Below are positions 12,742 to 23,200 of a stretch of 64,000 nt of DNA, piece after piece (position 1 is the stretch's first letter; each line of letters starts with the position of its first letter). Where the stretch lies: NCBI GenBank assembly GCA_030390025.1, contig JASTWF010000365.1, forward strand, positions 62,001-126,000, written 5' to 3'. The stretch is from Squalus acanthias (Eukaryota). Both the position numbers and the translations under genes were made by a program. The notes beneath the pieces were generated by a model. The model was not told the origin of the DNA. It saw only the letters and a program-made list of their open reading frames with translations, and did not search any database.

Positions 12742-14305
12742 TAAGAACATAAGAACATAAGAAATAGGAGCAGGAGTTGGCCATTTGGCCCCTCGAGCCT
12801 GCTCCACCATTCAATACGATCATGGCTGATCTGATCTTGGCCTCAACTCCACTTTCCTGCCCGCTCCCCATAACCCTTGATACCCTTATCATTCAAAAAT
12901 CTGTCAATCTCCACCTTAAATATATTCAATGACCCAGCCTCGACAGCTCTCTGGGGCAGAGAATTCCACAGATCTATGACCCTCTGAGAGAAGAAATTCC
13001 TCCTCATCTCCGTTTTAAATGGACGACCCCTTATTCTGAAACTATGCCCCCTAGTTCTAGATTCCCCCATGAGGGGAAACATCTTCTCTGCATCTACCTT
13101 GTCGAGCCCCCTCAGTATCTTATATGTTTCAATAAGATCACCTCTCATTCTTCTAAACTCCAATGAGTATAGGCCCAGTCTGCTCAACCTTTCCTCATAA
13201 GTCAAACCCCTCATCTCTGGAATTAACCTAGTGAATCGTCTCTGAACTGCCTCCAATGCAAGTATATCCCTCCTTAAATAAGGAGGCCAAAACTGTATGC
13301 AGTACTCCAGGTATGGTCTCACCAATACCCTGTACAGTTGTAGCAGGACTTCCCTGCTTTTATACTCCAACCCCCTTGAAATAAAGGCCAACATTCCATT
13401 TGCCTTCCTGATTACTTGCTGTACCTACATGCTAACTTTTTGTGTTACATGTACAAGGACCCCCAGGTCCCTCTGAACTGCAGCATTTTGTAATCTCTCT
13501 CCATTTAAATAATAATTTGCTTTTTTCTTTTTCTTACCAAAGTGTATAACCTCGTACTTTCCCACATTATGCTCCATCTGCCAAATGTTTGCCCACTCAC
13601 TTAGCCTGTCTATGTCCCTTTGCAGATTCTTTGTGTCCTCTTCACAACTTGCTTTCCCACCCATCTTTGTATCATCCGCAAACTTGGCTACATTACACTC
13701 AGTCCCTTCATCCAAGTCATTAATATAGATTGTAAATAGTTGAGGCCCCAGCACTGATCCCTGTGGCACCTCACTAGTTACCGTTTGCCAACCGGAAAAT
13801 GACCCATTTATCCCAACTCTCTGTTTTCTGTTAGTTAGCCAATCCTCTATCCATGCTAATATATTACCCCCAACTCCATGAGCTCTTATCTTGTGCAGTA
13901 ACCTTTTATGTGGCACCGTATCGAATGCCTTCTGGAAATCCAAATACACGACATCTACTGGTTCCCCTTTATCCACCCTGCTCGTTACATCCTCAACTCT
14001 TCCTCGAGGCTACCTTGGCCAATTTGATTTGTCCAATCAATATGAAGATTAAAATCGCCCATGATTATTGCTGTACCTTTCTCACAAGCCTCCATTATTT
14101 CTTGATTTATACTCTGTCCAACAGTGAAGCTACTGTTAGGGGGCCTATAGACTACACCCACCAGTGACTTCTTTCCCTTATTAGTTCTTATCTCCACCCA
14201 AACTGATTCTACATCTTGCTCTTCTGAACCAGTATCATTCCTCACTACTGCACTGATCTCATCCTTTATTAACAGAGCTACCCCACCTCCTTTTCCTTTC
14301 TATCC
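12742..14305 (-). mobile_element. CR1-clade (HER1-like) LINE, internally deleted: endonuclease fragment fused to the RT C-terminal part and 3' tail
   Basis: Motifs GVVYRPP and MGDFN (EN); YLDFQKAFD, VPQGSVLGP and FADD (RT); LWNSLP; (ATGTTCTT)n tail. Premature TAG at 13425-13427. Confidence 0.95.
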
Positions 14306-14329
14306 TTCCAAAATGTCAAATGTCAAACT

Positions 14330-16987
14330 ATCTGTGTGTATCTCTCTTTCTGTATCTGTCTCTCTCTCTCTCTTTCGGTATCCGTCTCTCTCTCTCTCTT
14401 TCTGTATCTGTCTCTCTCTCTCTTTCTGTATCTGTCTCTCTCTCTCTTTCTGTATCTGTCTCTCTCTCTCTTTCTGTATCTGTCTCTCTCTCTCTTTCTG
14501 TATCTGTCTCTCTTTCTGTATCTGTCTCTCTCTCTCTCTTTCTGTATCTGTCTCTCTCTCTTTCTGTCTCTCTCTTTCTGTATCTGTCTCTTTCTGTATC
14601 TGTCTCTCTCTCTCTGTATATGTCTCTCGCTCTTTCTGTATCTGTCTCTCTGTATCTGTCTCTCTCTTTCTGTATCTGTCTCTCTCTTTCTGTATCTGTC
14701 TCTCTCTCTCTCTTTCTGTATCTGTCTCTCTCTCTTTCTGTCTCTCTCTTTCTGTATCTGTCTCTCTCTTTCTGTATCTGTCTCTCTCTCTCTGTATATG
14801 TCTCTCGCTCTTTCTGTATCTGTCTCTCTGTATCTGTCTCTCTCTTTCTGTATCTGTCTCTCTGTATCTGTCTCTCTCTTTCTGTATCTGTCTCTCTCTC
14901 TCTCTTTCTGTATCTGTCTCTCTCTCTTTCTGTCTCTCTCTTTCTGTATCTGTCTCTCTCTTTCTGTATCTGTCTCTCTCTCTCTGTATATGTCTCTCGC
15001 TCTTTCTGTATCTGTCTCTCTGTATCTGTCTCTCTCTTTCTGTATCTGTCTCTCTGTATCTGTCTCTCTCTTTCTGTATCTCTCTCTCTCTCTCTTTCTG
15101 TATGTGTCTTTCTCTTTCTGTATCTGTCTCTCTTTCTGTGTCTCTCTCTCTTTCTGCCTCTCTCTCTGCATCTGTCTCTCTTTCTGTATCTGTCTCTCTC
15201 TCTTTCTGTATCTGTCTCTCTCTCTTTCTGTATCTGTCTCTCTCTCTTTCTGTATCTGTCTCTCTCTCTTTCTGTATCTGTCTCTCTCTCTCTCTTTCTG
15301 TATCTGTCTCTCTCTCTTTCTGTCTCTCTCTCTTTCTGTATCTGTCTCTCTCTCTTTCTGTATCTGTCTCTCTCTTTCTGTATCTGTCTCTCTCTCCTTC
15401 TGTATCTGTCTCTCTCTCTCTTTCTGTATCTGTCTCTCTTTCTGTCTCTCTCTCTTTCTGTATCTGTCTCTCTCTTTCTGTTTCTGTCTCTCTCTCTTTC
15501 TGTATCTGTTTCTCTCTTTCTGTATCTCTCTCTCTTTCTGTATCTCTCTCTCTTTCTGTATCTGTGTCTCTCTCTCTTTCTGTATCTGTGTCTCTCTCTC
15601 TTTCTGTATCTGTCTCTCTCTTTCTGTATCTCTCTCTCTCTTTCTGTATCTGTCTCTCTTTCTGTATCTGTCTCTCTCTCTCTCTTTCTGTATCTGTCTC
15701 TCTCTCTTTCTGTATCTGTCTCTCTCTCTTTCTGTATCTGTCTCTCTCTCTTTCTGTATCTGTATCTGTCTCTCTTTCTGTATCTGTTTCTCTCTCTCTC
15801 TTTCTGTATCTGTCTCTCTCTCTCTTTCTGTATCTGTCTCTCTCTCTCTTTCTGTATCTGTGTCTCTCTCTCTCTTTCTGTATCTGTATCTCTCTCTCTC
15901 TTTCTGTATCTGTCTTTCTCTCTTTCTGTATCTGTCTCTCTTTCTGTATCTGTATCTGTCTCTCTTTCTGTATCTGTCTCTCTCTCTCTTTCTGTATCTG
16001 TCTCTCTCTCTCTCTTTCTGTATCTGTCGCTCTCTCTCTTTCTGTATCTGTATCTGTCTCTCTTTCTGTATCTGTCTCTCTCTCTCTTTCTGTATCTGTG
16101 TCTCTCTCTCTTTCTGGGTCTGTCTCTCTCTCTCTTTCTGTATCTGTGTCTCTCTCTCTCTTTCTGTATCTGTCTCTCTCTCTTTCTGTATCTGTCTCTC
16201 TCTTTTTCTGTATATGTCTCTCTCTTTTTGTATCTGTCTCTCTCTCTTTCTCTATCTGTGTCTCTCTCTTTCTGTATCTGTGTCTCTCTCTCTTTCTGTA
16301 TCTGTCTCTCTCTCTCTTTCTGTATCTCTCTCTCTCTCTCTTTCTGGGTCTGTCTCTCACTTTCTTTCTGTATCTCTCTCTCTCTTTCTTTCTGTATCTG
16401 TCTCTCTCTCTCTTTCTGTATCTGTCTCTCTTTCTCTTTCTGTATCTGTGTCTCTCTCTCTCTTTCTGTATCTGTCTCTCTCTCTCTTTCTGTATCTGTC
16501 TCTCTCTCTCTTTCTGTATCTGTGTCTCTCTCTCTCTTTCTCTGTCTGTCTCTCTCTCTTTCTGTATCTGTCTCTCTCACTTTCTGTATCTCTCTCTTTC
16601 TGTATCTGTCTCTCTCTCTCTATCTGTGTCTCTCTCTCTTTCTGTATCTGTCTCTCTTTCTCTCTCTGTATCTGTTTCTCTCTCTCTTTCTGTATCTGTC
16701 TCTCTTTCTGTATCTGTGTCTCTCTCTCTTTCTGTATCTGTGTCTCTCTCTCTTTCTGTATCTGTCTCTCTTTCTGTATCTGTGTCTCTCTCTCTCTTTC
16801 TGTATCTGTGTCTCTCTCTTTCTGTATCTGTCTCTCTCTCTTTCTGTATCTGTCTCTCTCTCTTTCTGTATCTGTCTCTCTCTCTCTTTCTGTATCTGTC
16901 TCTCTTTCTGTATCTGAGTGTCTCTCTCTCTGTATCTGTGTCTCTCTCTTTCTGTATCTGTGTCTCTCTCTCTGTTTATTCTGTATC
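14330..16987. repeat. Long compound microsatellite (TTTCTGTATCTG(TC)n)
   Basis: Low-complexity pyrimidine-rich repeat; source of the spurious SL/ER ORFs. Confidence 0.97.
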
Positions 16988-16989
16988 AT

Positions 16990-17048
16990 TGGCTGTCAAG
17001 CGCTTTGGGACATCCTGAAGTCATGAAACGCGCTGTAATAATGCAAAT
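16990..17048 (+). mobile_element. SINE 3' tail fragment of L2-related type (also 43991-44049 and, inverted, 60291-60349)
   Basis: GGCTGTCAAGCGCTTTGGGACATCCTGAAGTCATGAAACGCGCT..AATGCAA resembles L2-type 3' tails, including the L2 end at about 58405-58455. Confidence 0.55.
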
Positions 17049-17055
17049 CAATGTT

Positions 17056-17061
17056 TTTATT
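17056..17061 (-). promoter_or_regulatory. Candidate polyA signal AATAAA of the minus-strand gene copy (also 44057-44062)
   Basis: TTTATT on +, about 800 nt after the candidate stop, in an AT-rich context; conserved in the inverted paralogue at 60278. Confidence 0.45.
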
Positions 17062-17404
17062 AAATAAAAGAGAGAGAGTTCATCTTGGTTTAAAGCAGAT
17101 GGGGTCACAGCAGATTAATAGACACTAAACCGCAAGAGGCATTAGCTTGAACAGATTAAAGCCGCGTCACTACACTGGAAGCAAACGTTTATGGCCCCGA
17201 TCGCCGAGGTTACAATCCGAATGTCTTTCATTCGCCAACTCGTGAAAGCTGTCGCCTCAAATCCACAGCAAGTGGCAGAGAAAACGATTGTCCCATCGCA
17301 GTCACATCCCGCTCGAGAGATACCGATATACAGAGAGAAACTTCCCCGCAGTTGGCAATCAGGGTCAACACTGGAGGGGCAGGAGCGTCAGCCAATGCCA
17401 GCCC

Positions 17405-17822
17405 TGGGGAGCAGGAGCCTCAGTCACCAGGACACCACCAGGGGGAGAAGGAGCCTCAGTCACCAGGACACCACCAGGGGGAGCAGGAGCCTCAGTCACC
17501 AGGACACCACCAGGGGGAGAAGGAGCCTCAGTCACCAGGACACCACCATGGGAGCAGGAGCCTCAGTCACCAGGACACCACCAGGGGGAGAAGGAGCCAC
17601 AGTCACCAGGACACCACCAGGAGAGCAGGAGCCTCAGTCAGAGTGACCACCAGGGGGAGCAGGAGCCTCAGTCACCAGGACACCTTCAGGGAAGGAGGAG
17701 CCTCAGTCAGAGTGACCACCAGGGGGAGCCGGAGCCTCAGTCAGAGTGACCACCAGGGGGAGCAGGATCCTCAGTCAGAGTGACCACCAGGGGGAGCAGG
17801 AGAATCAGTCACCAGGACACCC
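17405..17822 (+). repeat. 34-bp minisatellite D containing the CTCF-like motif CCACCAGGGGGAG
   Basis: Unit GGAGCAGGAGCCTCAGTCAGAGTGACCACCAGGG; about 8 intact motif copies. Confidence 0.9.
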
Positions 17823-17857
17823 GATGCTCTGGAAAACCTGGTTCATCCCGAAGGTAA

Positions 17858-17880
17858 TCACAAGGGACCGGAGTCTGTAT
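17858..17880 (-). CDS. Candidate terminal coding exon, (G)AT..: DTDSGPL*
   Basis: Acceptor ttcctgtctttccctcctccag at 17881; phase 1 matches the TM exon donor; the stop position is conserved in the diverged paralogue (DTDSGAV*). Confidence 0.55.
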
Positions 17881-17924
17881 CTGGAGGAGGGAAAGACAGG
17901 AATTGAGATGCATCAGTTTCACAT

Positions 17925-18222
17925 CAACTTGCATTTATCTCGCGTCTTGGAGCGTAAATCGGACAAAAATTTGAGACCGAGATATTAGGGCAGGTGACCA
18001 AAAGCTTGGTCAAAGAGGTCGGTTTTAAGGAGGGTCTTCAAGGAGGAGAGAGAGACGGAGAGGTTTAGGGAGGGAATTCCAGAGCTCGGGGCCCAGGCAG
18101 CTGAAGGCACGGCCGCCAATGGTGGAGCGATGGAAATCGGGGGATGCGCAAGAGGCCAGAATTGGAGGACCGCAGAGATCTCGGGGGGTTTTAGGGCTGG
18201 AGGAGGTTCCAGAGATCGGGAT
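17925..18222 (-). mobile_element. L2 LINE 3' fragment
   Basis: Translates HRSTIGGRAFSCLGPELWNSLPKPLRLS, typical of an L2 ORF2 C-terminus, followed by an L2-type tail. Confidence 0.8.
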
Positions 18223-18254
18223 TCTGGTCAGACTGCACATGGAGAACTGGGGAG

Positions 18255-18386
18255 TTGGATATATTACTGAAAGGGGTAAATTTGCAGATCAGGGGGAGTG
18301 GGACTGATTGGATCTACTCTTCCAAAAGGGCTGGCACAGGCACGATGGGGCGAGTGGCCTCCTTCTGTGCTGTCTGATTCTATGAG
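18255..18386 (+). mobile_element. Short degenerate CR1-type 3' end (also ~45323-45454)
   Basis: GGCACAGGCACGATGGGGCGAGTGGCCTCCTTCTGTGCTG..GATTCTATGA resembles a CR1 3' UTR and tail. Confidence 0.55.
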
Positions 18387-18413
18387 TCCAAGTTGAAAGT
18401 CCACCATACTGAC

Positions 18414-18503
18414 CTCTTTTGCAGTTGAACCAATATATCAGCAACAATATCAGGACTCCGGCTCTGAGTCCAACTACTGTTCCCACGATACATCCAACGC
18501 TGG
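18414..18503 (-). CDS. Candidate transmembrane exon (90 nt, phase 1-1): (A)SVGCIVGTVVGLRAGVLILLLIYWFNCKR
   Basis: Acceptor ttctgattcctcctgcag; donor AG|gtcagt; open frame with a ~24-residue hydrophobic stretch followed by a KR stop-transfer signal. Confidence 0.7.
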
Positions 18504-18641
18504 CTGCAGGAGGAATCAGAACAAAGATTGAAAAATAACAATACTGAGGAGAGCTGCTCCGTTCCGTGATGCTGAACACAGGTCAGAGGTCAGTGTAGGC
18601 CGGGCCCTGTCCTCTCTGCAACCAGATTCACCCCCTTTTAA

Positions 18642-19390
18642 ACAGGAACACAGGAACAGGAGGAGCCCATTCAGCCCCTCAGGCCTGTTACACAGGAACA
18701 GGAGGAGGCCCATTCAGCCCCTCGAGACTGTTACACAGGAACAGGAGGAGGCCCATTCAGCCCCTCGAGCCTGTTACACAGGAACAGGAGGAGGCCATTC
18801 AGCCCCTCGGGCCTATTACACAGGAACAGGAGGAGGCCCATTCAGCCCCTCGGGCCTGTTACATAGGAACAGGAGGAGGCCCATTCAGCCCCTCGAGCCT
18901 GTTACACAGGAACTGGAGGAGGCCCATTCAGCCCCTCGAGCCTGTTACACAGGAACAAGAGGAGGCCGTTCAGCCCCTCAAACTTGTTACACAGGAACAG
19001 AAGGAGGCCATTCAGCCCCTCGAGCCTGTTATACAGGAACAGGAGGAGGCCATTCAGCCCCTCGAACTTGTTACACAGGAACAGGAGGAGGCCATTCAGC
19101 CCCTCGAGCCTGTTGCAGAGGGACAGGAGGAGGCCATTAAGCCCCTCGAGCCTGTTGCATAGGAACAGGAGGAGGCCGTTCAGTCCCTTAGCTTGTAACA
19201 TAGGAACAGGAGGAGCCCGGTCAGTCCTCGAACATGATAGAAACAGGAGGAGGCCATTCAGCCCCTCGAGCCTGTTACACAGGAACCAGAGACCATTCAG
19301 CCCCTCAGTCTTGTTATATAGGAACAGGAGGAGGCCGTTCAGCCCCTCGGGCCTCTTATATAGGAATAAGGAGGATGCCATTCACCCCCA
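18642..19390 (-). repeat. ~41-42-bp minisatellite E (CR1 3' end-derived), reverse orientation
   Basis: Unit AGGAACAGGAGGAGGCCCATTCAGCCCCTCGAGCCTGTTACAC. Confidence 0.93.
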
Positions 19391-19397
19391 TGGGTCT

Positions 19398-19808
19398 GTT
19401 AAATAGGAAAAGATTAGCAAAAGTAATTGTGGGTTCCTTACAGGCTGAGACAGGAGAAATTACAATGGGGAATAAGGAAATGGCAGAGAAACGAAACAAA
19501 TACTTTGTGTCTGTCTTCACGGAAGAAGACGCAAAAAAGTTACCCGGAAATAGTGGAGAACCAAGGCTCTAGCGAGAATGAGAAAATTAAATACATTAAT
19601 ATTAGTAAAAAAATAGTACTGGTGAAATTAATGGTACTGAAAGCTGATAAATCTCCTGGACTTGATGGCCTACATTTGAAAGAGGTGGCTATAGAGATAG
19701 TGGACGCATTGGTTGTCATTTTCCAAAATTCCATAGATTCCAGAACAGTTCCTGCAGATTGGAAGGTGGCAAATGTAACCCCAGTATTTAAGAAATGGGG
19801 GAGAGAGA
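19398..19808 (+). mobile_element. CR1 LINE ORF2 internal fragment truncated at an inversion breakpoint
   Basis: KADKSPGLDG...VPADWKVANVTPVFKK; reverse complement of ~56280-56697. Confidence 0.9.
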
Positions 19809-20215
19809 TGGCCTTCTCCTGTTCCTATGTAACAGGCACGAGGAGCTGAACGGCCTCCTCCTGTTCCTATGTTACAGACCCGAGGGGCTGAATGGGCTGC
19901 CTCCTGTTCCTGTGTATCAGACCCGAGGGGCTGAATGGGCCTCCTCCTGTTCCTGTGTAACAGGCTCAGGGGCTGAATGGGCCTCCTCCTGTTCCTGTGT
20001 AACAGGCTCGAGGGGCTGAATGGCCGCCTCCTGTTCCTGTGTAACAGACCCGAGGGGCTGAATGGGCCTCCTCCTGTTCCTGTGTAACAGGCTCAGGGGC
20101 TGAATGGGCCTCCTCCTGTTCCTGTGTAACAGGCTCGAGGGGCTGAATGGCCGCCTCCTGTTCCTGTATAACAGGCTCGAGGGGCTGAATGGCCTCCTTC
20201 TGTTCCTGTGTAACA
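19809..20215 (+). repeat. Minisatellite E, forward orientation
   Basis: Unit ACAGGCTCGAGGGGCTGAATGGCCTCCTCCTGTTCCTGTGTA; abuts an A array at 20216. Confidence 0.93.
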
Positions 20216-23200
20216 CTTGTGAGTGTGCGTGCTGTGTGTTCTCTGAACTCGGGAGTGTGAGCGCTGTGCGTTCTCTGAACTCGGGAGTGTGAGCGCTGAG
20301 CGTTCTCTGAACTAGGGAGAGTGAGCCCTGTGCGTTCTCTGAACTCGGGAGTGTGAGCGCTGTGTGTTCTCTGAACTCGGGAGTGTGAGCGCTGTGCGTT
20401 CTCTGAATTCAGGAGTGTTGGTGCTGTGCATTCTCTGAACTCGGGAGTGTGAGCGCTGTGCGTTCTCTGAACTCGGGAGTGTGAGCGCTGTGCGTTCTCT
20501 GAACTTGAGTGTGTTGGCGCTGTGCGTTCTCTGAACTCGGGAGTGTGAATGCTGTGCGTTCTCTGAACTCGGGAGTGTGAGCGCTGTGTGTTCACTGAAC
20601 TCGAGAGTCTGAGCGCTGTGCGGTCTCTGAACTCGGGAGTGTGAGCGCTGTGCGTTCTCTGAACTCGGGAGTGTGAGCGCTGTGCGTTCTCTGAACTCGA
20701 GAGTCTGAGCACTGTGCGGTCTCTGAACTCGGGAGTGTGAGCGCTGTGCGTTCTCTGAACTCGGGAGTGTTGGTGCTGTGCGTTCTCTGAACTCGGGAGT
20801 GTGAGCGCTGTGCGTTCTCTGAACTCGGGAGTGTTGGTGCTGTGCGTTCTCTGAAGTCGGGAGTCTGAGCGCTGTGCGTTCTCTGAACTCGGGAGTGTTG
20901 ACGCTGTGCGTTCTCTGAACTCGGGAGTGTGAGCGCTGTGCGTTCTCTGAACTCGGGAGTGTGAACGCTGTGCATTCTCTGAACACGGGAGTGTGAGCGC
21001 TGTGTGTTCTCTGAATTCGGGAGTGTTGGTGCTGTGCGTTCTCTGAACTCGGGAGTGTGAGCGCTGTGTGTTCTCTGAATTCGGGAGTGTTGGTGCTGTG
21101 CGTTCTCTGAACTCGGGAGTCTGAGCGCTGTGCGTTCTCTGAACTCGGGAGTGTTGGCGCTGTGCGTTCTCTGAACTCGGGAGTCTGAGCGCTGTGTGTT
21201 CTCTGAATTCGGGAGTGTGAGCGCTGTGCGTTCTCTGAACTCGGGAGTGTGAGTGCTGTGCGTTCTCTGAACTCGGGAGTGTGAGCGCTGTGCGTTCTCT
21301 GAACTCGGGAGTGTGAGTGCTGTGCGTTCTCTGAACTCGGGAGTGTGAGCGCTGTGCGTTCTCTGAACTCGGGAGTGTTGGTGCTGTGCGTTCTCTGAAC
21401 TCGGGAGTGTGAGCGCTGTGTGTTCACTGAACTCGGGAGAGTGAGCGCTGTGCGTTCTCTGATCTCTGGAGTGTGAGCGCTGTGCGTTCTCTGAACTCGG
21501 GAGTGTGCGCGCTGTGCGTTCTCTGAACTCGGGAATGTGAGCGCTGTGCGTTCTCTGAACTCGGGAGTGTTGGTGCTGTGCGTTCTCTGAACTCGGGAGT
21601 GTGAGCGCTGTGTGTTCTCTGAACTCGGGAGTGTTGGCGCTGTGCGTTCTCTGAACTCGGGAGTGTGAGCGCTGTGTGTTCTCTGAACTCGGGAGTGTGA
21701 GCGCTGTGCGTTCTCTGAACTCGGGAGTGTGAGCGCTGTGCGTTCTCTGAACTCGGGAGTGTGCGCGCTGTGCGTTCTCTGAACTCGGGAGTGTGAGCGC
21801 TGTGCGTACTCTGAACTCGTGAATGTGCGCGCTGTGCGTTTTCTGAACTCGGGAGTGTGAGCGCTGTGCGTTCTCTGAACTCGGGAGTGTGAGCGCTGTG
21901 CGTTCTCTGAACTCGGGAGTGTGAGCGCTGTGCGTTCTCTGAACTCGGGAGTGTTGGTGCTGTGCGTTCTCTGAACTCGGGAGTGTGAGCGCTGTGCGTT
22001 CTCTGAACTCAGGAGTGTGAGCGCTCTGTGTACTCTGAACTCGTGAATGTGCGCGCTGTGCGTTCTCTGAACTCGGGAGTGTGAGCGCTGTGCGTACTCT
22101 GAACTCGTGAATGTGCGCGCTGTGCGTTCTCTGAACTCGGGAGTGTGAGCGCTGTGCGTTCTCTGAACTCGGGAGTGTGAGCGCTGTGCGTTCTCTGAAC
22201 TCGGGAGTGTGAGCGCTGTGCGTACTCTGAACTCGTGAATGTGCGCGCTGTGCGTTCTCTGAACTTGGGAGTGCGAGCGCTGTGCGTTCACTGAACTCGG
22301 GAGTGTGAGCGCTGTGCGTTCTCTGAACTCGGGAGTGTGAGCGCTGTGCGTTCTCTGAACTCGGGAGTGTGCGCGCTGTGCGTTCTATGAACTCGGGAGT
22401 GTGAGCGCTGTGCGTTCTGTGAACTCGGGAGTGTGAGCGCTGTGCGTTCTCTGAACTCGGGAGTGTGAGTGCTGTGCGTTCTCTGAACTCGGGAGTGTGA
22501 GCGCTGTGCGCACTCTGAACTCGTGAATGTGCGCGCTGTGCGTTCTCTGAACTCGAGAGTGTAAGCGCTGTGCGTTCTCTGAACTCGGGAGTGTGAGCGC
22601 TGTGCATTCTCTGAACTCGGGAGTGTGAGCGCTGTGCGTACTCTGAACTCGTGAATGTGCGCGCTGTGCGTTCTCTGAACTCGGGAGTGTGAGCGCTGTG
22701 CGTTCTCTGAACTCGGGAGTGTGAGCGCTGTGAGTATCTGAACTCGGGAGTGTGAGCGCTGTGCGCACTCTGAACTCGTGAATGTGCGCGCTGTGCGTTC
22801 TCTGAACTCGGGAGTGTGAGCGCTGTGTGTTCGCTGAACTCGGGAGTGTTGGGGCTGTGCGTTCTCTGAACTCGGGAGTGTGAGCGCTGTGCGTTCTCTG
22901 AACTCGGGAGAGTGAGCGTTGTGCGTTCTCTGAACTCGGGAGTGTTGGCGCTGTGCGTTCTCTGAACTCATGACTGTGAGCGCTGTGCGTTCTCTGAACT
23001 CGGGAGTGTTGGCGCTGTGCGTTCTCTGAACTCGGGAGTGTGCGTGCTGTGTGTTCTCTGAACTCGGGAGTGTGAGCGCTGTGCGTTCTCTGAACTCGGG
23101 AGTGTGCGCGCTGTGCGTTCTCTGAACTCGGGAGTGTGAGCGCTGTGTGTTCACTGAACTCGGGAGTGTGCGCGCTGTGCGTTCTCTGAACTCGGGAGTG

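Noticed and set aside
14300..17026. SL/CI-rich and ER-rich ORFs up to 901 aa (also 41428-44027)
   Set aside because: Microsatellite translations, open in most frames on both strands.
17041..17048. Octamer ATGCAAAT (Ig promoter element)
   Set aside because: Lies at the end of a SINE/L2-type tail (AATGCAA), with no leader or V exon nearby.
17191..17988. Overlapping ORFs with EQEPQSPGHHQG repeats (also 44186-45057, 58384-60150)
   Set aside because: Translations of minisatellite D, open in all frames and antisense to the candidate 3' UTR.
18414..18503. TM exon as a TCR alpha/delta or Ig membrane exon
   Set aside because: Lacks the TCR R..K pattern and the conserved antigen-receptor TM motif; no constant-domain exons in the window.
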